Shown piece by piece: positions 29,170 to 50,527 of a stretch of 64,000 nucleotides of DNA. A model generated the notes under the pieces. The model was given only the letters and a program-made list of their open reading frames with translations, was not told the DNA's origin and did no database searches. Every line of letters starts with the position of its first letter. Position 1 is the first letter of the stretch. The stretch is from Macrostomum lignano (lineage: Eukaryota): positions 186,001-250,000 of the forward strand of contig NIVC01000037.1 in NCBI GenBank assembly GCA_002269645.1, written 5' to 3'. Made by a program: the position numbers and the translations under genes.

Positions 29170-30445
29170 GAACCAACTAAGAGACATGGGCGCCAACTAA
29201 GAGACAGGGGCGCCAACTAAGAGACAGGGGCGCCAACTAAGAGACAGGGGCGCCAACTAAAAGACAGTGGCGCCAACTAAGAGACAGTGGCGCCAACTAA
29301 AAGACAGTGGCGCCAACTAAGAGACAGTGGCGCCAACTAAGAGACAGTGGCGCTAACTAAGAGACAGTGGCGCCAACTAAGAGACAGTGGCGCTAACTAA
29401 GAGACAGTGGCGCCAACTAAGAGACATGGCACTAACTAAAAGACAGTGGCGCTAACTAAGAGACAGTGGCGCTAACTAAAAGACAGTGGCGCTAACTAAG
29501 AGACAGTGGCGCTAACTAAAAGACAGTGGCGCTAACTAAAAGACAGTGGCGCTAACTAAGAGACAGTGGCGCTAACTAAAAGACAGTGGCGCTAACTAAA
29601 AGACAGTGGCGCTAACTAAGAGACATGGGCGCTAACTAAGAGACAGAGGCGCCAACTAAGAGACAGTGGCGCTAACTAAGAGACAGTGGCGCTAACTAAG
29701 AGACAGTGGCGCCAACTAAGAGACAGTGGCGCTAACTAAGAGACAGTGGCGCTAACTAAGAGACAGTGGCGCCAACTAAGAGACAGTGGCGCTAACTAAG
29801 AGACAGTGGCGCTAACTAAAAGACAGTGGCGCTAACTAAGAGACAGTGGCGCCAACTAAGAGACAGAGGCGCCAACTAAGAGACAGTGGCGCTAACTAAA
29901 AGACAGTGGCGCTAACTAAAAGACAGTGGCGCTAACTAAGAGACATGGGCGCTAACTAAGAGACAGAGGCGCCAACTAAGAGACAGTGGCGCTAACTAAG
30001 AGACAGTGGCGCTAACTAAGAGACAGTGGCGCCAACTAAGAGACAGTGGCGCTAACTAAGAGACAGTGGCGCCAACTAAGAGACAGTGGCGCTAACTAAG
30101 AGACAGTGGCGCCAACTAAGAGACAGTGGCGCTAACTAAGAGACAGTGGCGCTAACTAAGAGACAGTGGCGCTAACTAAGAGACAGTGGCGCTAACTAAG
30201 AGACAGTGGCGCTAACTAAGAGACAGAGGCGCTAACTAAGAGACAGAGGCGCCAACTAAGAGACAGTGGCGCCAACTAAGAGACAGAGGCGCCAACTAAG
30301 AGACAGTGGCGCTAACTAAGAGACAGTGGCGCCAACTAAGAGACATGGCGCTAACTAAAAGACAGTGGCGCTAACTAAAAGACAGTGGCGCCAACTAAAA
30401 GACAGTGGCGCCAACTAAGAGACAGTGGCGCCAACTAAGAGACTA
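29170..30445. repeat. 20-bp minisatellite (actaagagacagtggcgcca)n
   Basis: About 63 copies with gcca/gcta and aag/aaa variants. Confidence 0.98.
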
Positions 30446-30894
30446 ACGAATCTTTTGTCAAAAAAAGATCAAGCAGGCAAAAAGTTCTTTTATTTGTGCT
30501 TGCAGCTGATAATGGTCATGAGCGCTTGTGTAAGGGAAAGTCTGTGTGTGACACTTCAACAGTTTAGCTAATGAAAAACTTTCTACCTGACGCAGTTTGT
30601 GATGAAATCTATTTCAAGCTGCCATAGTTCGCATTCCAGCTTCTCTGCTTCGTTGGTGCCATCAAAGGTGGACCGCAGAATAGAAATCCTTGTTCCTCCA
30701 GCATAACATCCGCCAAGACAAAACTAGCTTCCACAGTGGGGACGCAGTGTGCAGCAGAATCATGCACAAAATATTTAGCAAGAAAGTGCAAAATACAAAA
30801 ATCTGTTTTGAATGTAGCACTGCATAAAACGTAGTGATTTTTACACTTCGGAAATTCATTTTGCCAGGTAAGAAATTTTCGTGCTAACTCGTAT

Positions 30895-31024
30895 TAGTAG
30901 TAGTAGCAGTAGTAGTAGTAGTAGTAGTATTTGTAGTAATAGTAGTAGTAGTAGTAGTAGTAGTAGCAGTAGTAGTAGTAGTAGTATTTGTAGTAATAGT
31001 AGTAGTAGTAGTAGTAGTAGTAGC

Positions 31025-31092
<68 letters not shown>

Positions 31093-31154
31093 CAGTAGTA
31101 GTAGTAGTAGCAGCAGTAGTAGTAGTAGTAGCAGTAGTAGTAGTTGTAGTAGTT

Positions 31155-31247
<93 letters not shown>

Positions 31248-31248
31248 A

Positions 31249-31328
<80 letters not shown>

Positions 31329-31350
31329 ATAGTAGTAGTAGTAGTAGTAA

Positions 31351-31432
<82 letters not shown>
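30895..31432. repeat. (AGT)n microsatellite
   Basis: Source of the poly-Ser and poly-Tyr ORFs. Confidence 0.99.
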
Positions 31433-31433
<1 letters not shown>

Positions 31434-31724
31434 CGTCAAACTATCACAAGAAACGGAACCAGGTATTACTTATACATGTAGTTTACGGTTTGCCTTTCAT
31501 CACTTTCCACGACCTCCACTGCGAGCCCACTGTTTCACTTTTGTTTATCCGAGGAGTCAAAAGCTGTCATGCGCAGTTTAGTTTAGGCTCCATCGAATTC
31601 ATGTAAACATTCAGTATTGGTCTGTTTGGCGAAAGATTTAAAAAAATCTAAACATTTGCACAGTTATACTTTTCTTTTTAAGCCTCAGTTTGCACTGTTA
31701 GGGTCATTGCCGCATCTGAAACTT

Positions 31725-32200
31725 GGGAGGGAGGGTGGAGCAGGAGTGATTCTCGGGTAGGGAGGGTGGAGCAGGAGTGATTCTCTGGTAGGGAGGGTGG
31801 AGCAGGAGTGATTCTCGGGTAGGGAGGGTGGAGCAGGAGTGATTCTCGGGTAGGGAGGGTGGAGCAGGAGTGATTCTCGGGTAGGGAGGGTGGAGCAGGA
31901 GTGATTCTCGGGTAGGGAGGGTGGAGCAGGAGTGATTCTCGGGTAGGGAGGGTGGAGCAGGAGTGATTCTCGAATAGGGAGGGTGGAGCAGGAGTGATTC
32001 TCGAGTAGGGAGGGTGGAGCAGGAGTGATTCTCGAGTAGGGAGGGTGGAGCAGGAGTGATTCTCGAGTAGGGAGGGTGGAGCAGGAGTGATTCTCGAGTA
32101 GGGAGGGTGGAGCAGGAGTGATTCTCGAGTAGGGAGGGTGGAGCAGGAGTGTTTATCGGGTAGGGAGGTTGAATCAGGAGTGATTCTCAGGGAGGGTGGA
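31725..32200. repeat. 31-bp G-rich minisatellite (ggagggtggagcaggagtgattctcgggtag)n
   Basis: About 15 copies; period of 31 measured between 31741 and 31772. Confidence 0.97.
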
Positions 32201-32825
32201 TTTTAACTATTTTGCCCGTAATGCTGAAAAGTGTGCATCGGTGGTTGCTGAGGGCCAACGCGTCACTTTCGAATGCTGCAAGAGAAATTCGATTGCTAAC
32301 AGCGATATAATACTCGCAGTAGCAGTAATCGCGTAGCAGTAGTTTTTTCAGATGAAACAAAAACTGAACTACGGCTGTTCAAAAGGCAGAGTTTAAATTA
32401 CGCGAAGAGCCTTTGAACAAATTATACGAGCGTAGCGATTGTGGCCATAGACATTAACTACCAGACAGACAAGGTCGCTGGGGGGTTTAAATATTCAACA
32501 GCATTGGGCAGCTGGATATACTCGCTTCCCATAATCCAATTAGGAGAGACTCACGCCTGCACTGAAGTCAACCCAAAAGCCCTGCTGGTATAACTAATAG
32601 CAGACATGAAAAAACATGCTATTATTCCTGTCTTCATCTACTCAGACTCCGGGGCATCAAATGATTGATCGTTTTGTACGATTGGTACTGAATTCGTGTT
32701 TAAAAAACGTCTGCTTAACTGATCTACTATATAGTGTAATAGTGCTTCAACACGAGTCATTTAAGTGCGAACTACATACGAGTCATGCATTCTTCAATGG
32801 GATAGTGTTCTTTTGGGTGCTTATA

Positions 32826-32897
32826 GCCATAGACAGTCGGAGCATGCAACCATTGCTATTGCAATGCATGATTGTTGCACGCTCGAATGTCTATGGC
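32826..32897. repeat. 72-bp imperfect palindrome / mini-MITE (gccatagaca...tgtctatggc)
   Basis: A 10-bp perfect terminal inverted repeat plus an imperfect inner stem (gagcatgcaac / gttgcacgctc). Confidence 0.7.
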
Positions 32898-33384
32898 AAA
32901 ACGAAACAATGTGACGAAGATCCCACCGGCTACCATAGACAGTTTCTCACAAAACTCGTCGTTAAGAAGAGCTAGGCTACTGGTTTATTGTCTAGCTAGA
33001 TTTATTGCCAGCTAGATGTCGACGAACTCTACTAGTCCAGGTCGCAGTCCAAAACAAGCTTCCATGATTGATGAAATGAATCTAAAGCATTCTCATTTTA
33101 GCATAATTTTAGTCTACGCAGCCAATTTATGAAGACACATAACCAGCTGAAGACATAAAATGGTCTGACTATGGAAAACTGCTAGCTTAACCGAACGACA
33201 CTGTTGACGATTTTTTGTTCAAGGTTTCAGTTTCGTTTGGACTTTAAACGTGTAACCTACAATTATTGATTTTTTTCTACTCGAAACTAAAATTAATCAC
33301 ATTGTCCATGACAAAACCTTCTGCACAAGTACATTGTCTCATGAATGAATTTCAGTAGCCGTAACCGCTTCCTTTGAAGCGTTG

Positions 33385-34502
33385 AATAATGAGTGTACAG
33401 CGTAGGACAATGAGTGTACAGCGTAGGACAATGATTGTACAGCGTAGGACAATGCGTGCACAGCGTAGGACAATGAGTGTACAGCGTAGGACAATGCGTG
33501 CACAGCGTAGGACAATGAGTGTACAGATAGGACAATGAGTGTACAGCGTAGGACAATGATTGTACAGCGTAGGACAATGAGCGTACAGTGTGGGACAATG
33601 AGTGTACAACGTAGGACAATGAGTGTACAGCGTAGGACAATGAGTGTACAGCGTAGGACAATGATTGTACAGCGTAGGACAATGAGCGTACAGTGTGGGA
33701 CAATGAGTATACAACGTGGGACAATGAGTATACAGCGTAGGACAATGAGTGTACAGCGTAGGACAATGAGTGTACAGCGTAGGACAATGAGCGTACAGTG
33801 TGGGACAATGAGTATACAACGTGGGACAATGAGTATACAACGTGGGACAATGAGTATACAACGTGGGACAATGAGTGTACAGCGTAGGACAATGAGCGTA
33901 CAGTGTGGGACAATGAGTGTACAGCGTGGGACAATGAGTGTACAACGTGGGACAATGAGTATACAACGTGGGACAATGAGTGTACAGCGTAGGACAATGA
34001 GCGTACAGTGTGGGACAATGAGTGTACAGCGTGGGACAATGAGTGTACAGCGTAGGACAATGAGTGTACAGCGTAGGACAATGCGTGCACAGCGTAGGAC
34101 AATGAGTGTACAGCGTAGGACAATGCGTGCACAGCGTAGGACAATGAGTGTACAGCGTAGGACAATGAGCGTACAGTGTGGGACAATGAGTATACAACGT
34201 GGGACAATGAGTATACAACGTGGGACAATGAGTATACAACGTGGGACAATGAGTGTACAGCGTAGGACAATGAGCGTACAGTGTGGGACAATGAGTGTAC
34301 AGCGTGGGACAATGAGTGTACAACGTGGGACAATGAGTATACAACGTGGGACAATGAGTGTACAGCGTAGGACAATGAGCGTACAGTGTGGGACAATGAG
34401 TGTACAGCGTGGGACAATGAGTGTACAGCGTGGGACAATGAGTGTACAGCGTGGGACAATGAGTGTACAGCGTGGGACAATGAGTGTACAGCGTGGGACA
34501 AT
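33385..34502. repeat. 21-bp minisatellite (gtgtacagcgtaggacaatga)n
   Basis: About 53 copies; produces heptapeptide-repeat ORFs in several frames. Confidence 0.98.
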
Positions 34503-35544
34503 TTCGGACCCCAAGAAAGTCTTTCAAATGATACAATGCACTTGATATATACAGCAGATCATAATTTCGGTTCCTAATTCTGACATTTAATTCCTGATTC
34601 TATCGTAATTCTCGCGATTCCGGTACTCCTACCAAATATGTGAAAATCGTGAACTGCAGGACCTCAACAAGATTTTTTAAAAATGACGAGTACAGACGGC
34701 ATAAAATATTTGTATTTGATTTGAACTCTCCAAACCTCATACTGGGAACACTACGTACTGCTTCTGTCAATCTAATCAACTTTTTGAGCTTAAATACAAT
34801 ACAATTTGAAATTGTAAACATTGTCTGTCGATAAGCCGCGGTCTGAAATTTAAGGCCACGCTTGCGCCATTAGCCAAGAAGCGGGACTGCTTTTTTGCCA
34901 ATTGTGAGGATTAAAATCCAATTCGCCATCGGCTTTTTGCACCAACTGTGCGCTTTCGGCTTTCCCTGCGTATATTGGCTCTCGCATGCGACGCTTTCCC
35001 GATTTTTGTCGCCCTGTCTATCAATGTTAATCCACTGGTTTCTAGCCTACTGCCACCGACTGTTTATAACAGTTTAGCTGTTTTAAGGTCGAACAAACTA
35101 AACCTACAGGCCGACAGACAGTCTACCCGTTTGCAGCTGTTCTTTGAATCGAAGCTCAACGGGAGACCCGTATTTTTCCTTCTGAGAACTGTTTCATCAA
35201 GTTAACAAAAAAAGTTAATTAAGCAAAGGACTCAAATTAGTTCGAGCAACTTCAAGGTTGTTGGAATTTTTTTTATTCTTGCTTTAATATTTGTGCATGC
35301 ATTTAAAGTGAAATCGTGTTAGAAACAACGTTTAGCGTAGCGTCCATTAGATCTGAGACAACCTCCAGCAAAGCTTTCAAAATGCTTGCACAAATCCACA
35401 CAAGCAAAAACTTGGAAATTACCTTTAGACCACCTGCTATACTACTCGTAAAACCAGTTTACGTAAAATCACTCTTAGTTCATCCTAACTGTTGCGTTCA
35501 TCTTCCAGCACGAGCTGTCACCATTCGCTCGCAGTCCAGCGCAA

Positions 35545-37432
35545 ATGACCAGCGAAAGTATGATCAACCGAGCCCTGGCCGAGTCCACAGCTCACGGAGT
35601 GTCACGGCTGGTTGGCGCGCGTCAGCGCTACGTGAAGGTGACTTGGCTGCTGCTTTTCCTCGGCTTTCTGTCGCTATTCACTAAGAACGCCGTTGTATTT
35701 GTGCAGAAACTGCTGCGCGACGATGTGGCAAAGTTCTTAGAACCGGACAGTGTAGAGTTCCTGTGGCCAGACTTGTACCTGTGCCCTGAGAACCCCATTT
35801 CCGGCAGTTATCCTCTGACGCTAAGCAAAGACGAAGTCTTGGAAATGGAGCGCCACAAACGACGCTCTGAGCGACGCTTCCACAAGCGCTACGAGCACAG
35901 AAGACGACTGGAGAAGTGCGACTCGTTCTACGCGCTGAATATAATTCACAGCATACCCTACCGGCTGCTGTCGGATAAACTGGGCCACCGGGCCGAGCAG
36001 TTTGCAGTCAGCGCTTTCATTAAAAGTGACTATCGAATTGTGAAGCTGCAGATTGTCAAATTTCACCATCCGCAGTTTATCAACTGTTTCAAGATTTTAC
36101 TGGATCCGTCGGCTAGAGAGCAGCTTCGATCGGACGAATTTGCCATGTACCTTTACATTAACCTAGATCCGTACTTCTCTCACTTCCACCCAGTGGAGCA
36201 TCCACTGTCTGTCATTAAAAGTCGGGAGGTTCCAAACATCAGCTACGATGTCTTTGAATGGAGTCCGGTATTAGGCAACTCGGTGGAGAAGACCAACGGC
36301 GTGAACTTAATTGTATCCCCGCCGAACACCTATCCGTCGATTGGCAACACAAACTTCATGCTCGCGCCAGGCCGCGGCTATCAGCTCAAGCTAGAGATGG
36401 ACGAGCGCGACTTCAGTCCCGAGCTGGTGGGTCGAAAATGCCATCGCGATGTGAAACACATTCATTACTACAATCCCTATACGGGTGAGGCAGATAAGTT
36501 TGAATACGATGGAGACTACTGCTTCCATTTTGAGGTCACTCGGCTGCTGCACCAGTTATATAACTGCTCACTGCCAAAGATTCCCAAGCCGTGGCCTTTG
36601 AGGCATGTACCTTCCTGCTACAATCTGTCACACGGCCAATTAACCGCTGATCCGGGATTCGACCACACCTACGAGGAACAAAATCTGCGCATTCTAACCG
36701 AGGCTAAGAAGCTGTGCAAATCCGAGCACCGCTGCAGCAGCCGGCACTACAGCCGGTCTTATTCTTTCGGAAACTGGCCCAGCTATGGCTCTGCGGTTCG
36801 ATTTGTTGACGTCTTCCTGCGCAGGCAGTACCAGCACGAGTTAAAGGAACACGGGTATCACCTGCCCGCCTGGAAGTTTCTGCTGGACATGACCAGCGAG
36901 CTTACAAGTAAGATCACGGGTTCAGTTGTCTAGCATTCATATAGGGCAAGATATCCAAGTAGTAATACAGAAAGCTCTGTTATGGAAAAAAGACGTCTAC
37001 CTGATAGATAGGTATAGGAAAACAAAATTAATCAAAGTTATTTGAACCGCTCAACCGCTAGAAAACGAATCAACTCACCTGGAGGGTCTGTTTCGGGCCT
37101 ACCTATCCGAGAGCATGCTCAAAGTGGTGATTCGATCCGAAAGCACGATGAGTCCGCGCATTTTAATGGTCCCAGCCTACACCCTAACGTCACTGATGGC
37201 TGACACGGGCGGTTTGCTGGGATTCTACATTGGCTGCAGCATGCTGACCCTGTGCGAGCTGATCGAGCTGCTGCACAACATCTGCCTGGAGGCTTGCAAG
37301 AGTCGCGGCAAGACTCGCTCGGCGACGGAAACCACCGTAATGTCCAAGTCGCTCCGAACTCTTCGTGGAAGTCGCTGCGAAGAAGAGCAAGAAGACGGTG
37401 CAGATGCTCGCATCAATGTGGATGGTTTTTGA
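35545..37432 (+). CDS. DEG/ENaC (amiloride-sensitive sodium channel family) subunit, about 577 aa
   Basis: Exon 1 is 35545-36907 (A|gtaaga) and exon 2 is 37062-37432 (ctag|AA), phase 1. Motifs: STAHG (HG motif), TM1 (VTWLLLFLGFLSLF), WPDLYLCPEN, LGH, HPQFINCF, NGVNLIV, LAPGRGYQL, SFGNWPS, YTLTSLMADTGGLLGFYIGCSMLTLCE (TM2, GxS filter). Confidence 0.93.
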
Positions 37433-38720
37433 CGTGTGGATTATTTTTTATATGATTATTACTGAATTGCTTCCTGAAGATCATAATGATATGTTAGTAT
37501 ATTGCAATAATTTTCCTGCTCTATTGATATTCTTACGACTTAACAGCCGAAAGGCCGATCACTTTAGTTTAAAAAGTGCTTGAACTGATTATCTAGGCAC
37601 GGATACCATCCTTTTGCATGGCAACAAATTAATCTTTCTTCTACACTGCATCGGTCTTGCAACAGTTCGTAAATGGTCTTTCGGCTGTTAAAAGTACAGA
37701 TACTAGAATAAATAGATGGGTTACTCAGCACATTTACGTGCCGGCTACTTTCAGTTCAGTAGTAAGTTAAGTTGAATCATTTTAATGTATTTTTAAAGAC
37801 GATGCTTATTAATTGGCTCTTAACCCCAGCTTATACCTTCAAAATCCACACAGAAATTCTTCGTCTCCAAGTTTGGGCTTCTAAACTTATCCAAGTTATC
37901 TCAGCTGCCTTTATTCTTACAAAATATCACATGTATTCTTATTGCTACTGCCTGAGTGGCCCATCTAGTATCTGTGGTTAAGAGCAAGTACATGTACATT
38001 CTGTTGGCGTATATCCTAGAAGAGGACTAGCTCTACGCTTGCTATAAATGGTCCATTACTATACTGACAATAATATAGCATGCACGGTTACATGCAATTA
38101 AAAAAATTAAGATAGAAACCCGTTGCGTAAGTTACAATAACTCTGGTGGTCATTATCAAAGGCAACTTTTATGCATTATTATAGTTGTTGTCTTTCTGAC
38201 GTGTTCCTAAAAATAATTCGAGCGAAGACATCCGATACGGCTCGTATAACAATTAGCTTGGTTCTAGCTCTTTCCAATGTTAAGCTTCGTATATATTCTC
38301 ATTCTGCCATTCTAAGCAAGCATATTCGACCAACCGTACATGTACGAGCACATATTCATATGCATATGGATCCTCGTACGTTAAAAATATAACTTAATAC
38401 ATTCCCTGTGAGCCTTTGGGAGTAGAGTTAAAAACTGCACTTAAAAGCTACATAATTTAAGTCCTCGAAGCTTTTCAGCGTCGAATTCCAGTCTTCACTT
38501 GATTAAATCCGCGTTTAACACCCGCAGCTCTTGTCGTCATCAAATTTAACATCCAAATCACACGAGTGACTTAAAAAAGCGAAAAAAACAAGACCGATGG
38601 TCTTCACGAATCTGAAGACGTGAAGAAGGATTCTCTTGCACTTGTGGAAGAATACAAGCAGGGGCCACTTAAACTAGTTTAACTAGTACCTGAATACAAG
38701 CATATCTGTTCACCATTTTT

Positions 38721-39050
38721 ATGGAAACGAGCTTCTTTGCTGTATCCTGTCCGCTGAACAGCCTGCTCGACTACCTGGCCAGCCTAGTCGGGACGCGTTT
38801 GCGCGCGTACGGCAGCGTTGCTTCTGACGCCAGCTGCCCTGTCCTTATGGTCAATTCTGCACCAGATCTTACAAAGCATGCCGCTTATACGGCCACTCTC
38901 CTCCTGCGAAGCGCCAAGCGAGAGCTGGGACTACAGGTGTCAAGAAAACGACTAGTAGTATCGCCGCTCATGTTGCGGCAGATTCATCAGGGAGTCAGTC
39001 GTTCTGACGACTTTCAGCTTGCATGCTGGGCATGGGGTTCATCACGTACC
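38721..39050 (+). mobile_element. Degenerate tyrosine-recombinase (DIRS/Ngaro-like) retroelement fragment
   Basis: LLDYLASL..RAYGSVASDAS..LLLRSAKRELGLQVSRKRLVVSPLMLRQIHQ..D..ACWA resembles the N-terminal SAM-like region of DIRS/Ngaro recombinases. This is by-eye similarity only. Confidence 0.5.
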
Positions 39051-40614
39051 ATGTATCTGCTGTTGGTGGAGCATCCTTCGAAAATCTAGCGTGCTGCCAA
39101 CTTCGGGAAAAGGCCCTGAGTATTTTGTGTGCTCCGCCGACATCTTTCGACATCGGCGATGTCTGGTCTTGCGCCAGGGAGGAGGAAGCGAGGCGTGAGG
39201 AGGAGGCGAAGCGAACAGCTAGACTGGACACAGATCTTAAAACTTTAGGATAACAAATTTTTTGGATCTGTGGGCTAGACAGAAGCTTCAAATGGTCTGT
39301 GGGAAAGAAAAGAGGCAGTACAGAATTTATGCAGGAAACAAAGAGTATGAGCTAGGTCGCCTTGTGCAGGAGCGACCTTAATATACATTTTGACGAACAG
39401 AATTATGAGCAGATTAATTTCTTTTTTTGTAGACTCCGTTTTTGTATCTAGATTTTTTACTGCAACGCCCTATATATCATTTTAAACATATAAATTAATA
39501 CGGCGAAATGCCAAATAAGTACAAGATATAGTCACTGCATTGTTTCATGATTTGTATTGTGTACTATGTATTGTACTTGTGCATTGATATATGTTCAATA
39601 GTTCAAAGACTATACATATGCATCTGTAACTGCTTACATTCCATCGTTCTATACATGTACATGCATGCATGCATGGTGCATGTACGTCTGCCTGCCCTTT
39701 TCGATCTTCTTCCTATACTAAAATACAGAGTGTACGTTTACTCTTTACTTCATGTTTGTTTCCATGTTGCACAATTATCAGCAGATTATATATACATGTA
39801 CGATTGATTAATAGCAATATATCTCAACTCACACACATGGGACAACTTTTATTAACTAATTTCTATACTATCAGTAAAACATGAAGATTTTTTAATAAGC
39901 GTAAGATAGGAAGCTACAGTGTACACTTCTTGTAACACATACGAATATGAATATCCGGAGTAATATAAATCTAACTGAACAATTCGGCAGCTTCAATCAC
40001 AGTCAACGTGCAAGTTAATTTTTTCAGCAAGAAATATCGCGTGAGCACACACGTGTGCTTGGCTTTCATTGGTATAACAAAATATTAATTAAGATACGAG
40101 TAAAAATGTTAAAAATCCAGAATATACATCACTTTAAAATAGATATAACTAGTATTAACGATTTAACCGGACAAAAATAAAATGGCTATTCGTCCGGTTA
40201 TTGGCGGACAAATAACAACAACTGCCAAGTATTAAATTACATAATATATGGTTAACGCTAGAGTAGGCGAAGCTAAGCCAGTTCAACTATCTTCCATAGG
40301 CATATTCGTTATTTATAGCCGCTGTGTTGTGTTGGCCTAATAGTTTGACTTAAACTAAGTGGGTTTTGCACCTTTTGCTACAGACTGATTGTAAGCCTAA
40401 GCCTAAGCACTAAGGTTTAGGTAGGCTAGTACATTTGAAATTTATATAGGCCCTACACAGACTCATCTTTTGAAGTTTAGCCCAGTCTAATATCCATAGG
40501 GCCTTGTTTTGCCAGGCTTTGTTAAACCTTGATTGCTTGCTTCTAAGCCAGAGGCTAATAATAGTTTCCTACTGTATTGTCCAGTGTCAACAACTTTTAT
40601 TAGGCCCTAACAAA

Positions 40615-48827
<8,213 letters not shown>

Positions 48828-50527
48828 CATGAGATGCGTCTTCTCTGTAATTGAGACTTTGGTAAAGCAGAGTACAGTTTATTTGTTTATCTTTCCCGCT
48901 TACTCCGATTGTAATTCGTCTCGGTGACGAAGGAACTTTTTGTCTGTCTTAACTAGACCAGATGTTTTTTGTCCTCAATCCTCAAGCATTGCTCGAAGAT
49001 TTAGCGCGTATTTCCTTATGCTGTGGATTGCAGTTCCACTAGCTAATACTCACTCGCTTATCTCTCTGTTCTATGCGCAGACAGGATTTATTTATTTATT
49101 GTAAATTTATGCTTTTATGCAGCAATTTGCGAGTTTATTTCTATTTTTATCATATTATTAGTCATAATTATTATGATATCCTCGCATTCTTGAAGATGAT
49201 TTGTTTAACTATGATTTTTGTTTAATCTTTAGATTGTTTGTCCTCGTCTCTCCTGGAGGCCTATCTCTGTTTCTGCTGTGTGCGCGAGCGCATCATATAG
49301 TACATATAGTAGTGTAGCTACCTGCTTTGTGTACAGAATCTGAGCTTTTTGTAGAATTTCAGTTTCAGTGTAGATTGGCTGCTTTTAGTAATTGTTTTGT
49401 GTCGTTTTTGCTGATTTGGGTTAATATTGTAATATTTACCTGTTATTTTTATGGAGATGGTGCAGCTGATTAGAATGCCATATTTATAGAATTTCAAGTG
49501 TATATTTTCGATTTGGTTTAATTAGTCCATCTACTCGTGAGAGTACACATTTATCTGCTTGCACTTCTGTCAATTAAAAATCGATATATTTGTTACTGTT
49601 TAGCGTGTGCAGGATGTGCGATCCAATGATAGGATTGACTGCAGTCGAATTGCTATCAATCAGATATAATAATTGTTGCATGCCCGTGCCTTAACCGGCA
49701 ATATTTATTTATTAACTCGCATAAAATTATTTTTATCACATCAAGCTTCGTGCACCGCATTGCTCGTACTCTACTAATGTTTAGATTTTTAAGAGTATAA
49801 AATAATGCGTCGCTGTAATTTTCGGTTGTACAAGCTTTGTGTATATTCTCCTTCACGTCGCCTACCAGCGGGTGTTTTCTTAAATATGCACTATTGCTCA
49901 TGTACCTGTCTTATCAATTCGGTTAATAGACAGATCCGCTATACTAAAAAATGTATTACTACAACGTAATATGCGAATAATTCAAGTGGTGTTAATACCT
50001 ATTTATTATAAAGGATGAATTATAATATTTAAATTCCACCAGGCGTTCGGCTAATTCGTTTAGGTGCAGACGTTTTTTGCTTCTATTTATAAATCGTATT
50101 TACAGTATCAATATGCGATCTTGTACGAATAATATACAGCGCTGATTTTTAGCTTGATTCGCTTTCTGGTGAAGAATGCAATGCACTTTGTGTGCGATTT
50201 ATTTGTATTTTTATTTAATATTCTAAGTCTTACGCAGGTTTCCAGTTTTAACGTTTTATGACCTCGTTGAGTACATGTATAGCTTTTCATTATGGGCTTT
50301 CAGTGTTAGTGTGTATTTAACTTGAGAGAACATTTCCACATAAATGCAATAGGTTAGCTAGCTTACTGGCTGTACATATACATGTACTGCAATGGTCACT
50401 TTGGGCTCTGCTTCAAACCAAGAACTGAAGAGCTACAATACAATTGCCTGATGTTTACTCGAATTAAGAGCCTTTATTGTGCTCAACTTACAATCGCTGC
50501 CAGCGTTTAGTATACACGTGGCAATCT

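Noticed and set aside
30881-31606. Poly-Ser and poly-Tyr ORFs
   Set aside because: (AGT)n microsatellite
33293-34545. Heptapeptide-repeat ORFs (CPTLYTH, VPRCTLI, TMSVQRR) resembling metal-binding or structural proteins
   Set aside because: A 21-bp unit keeps several frames open automatically; there is no unique coding flank or splice support
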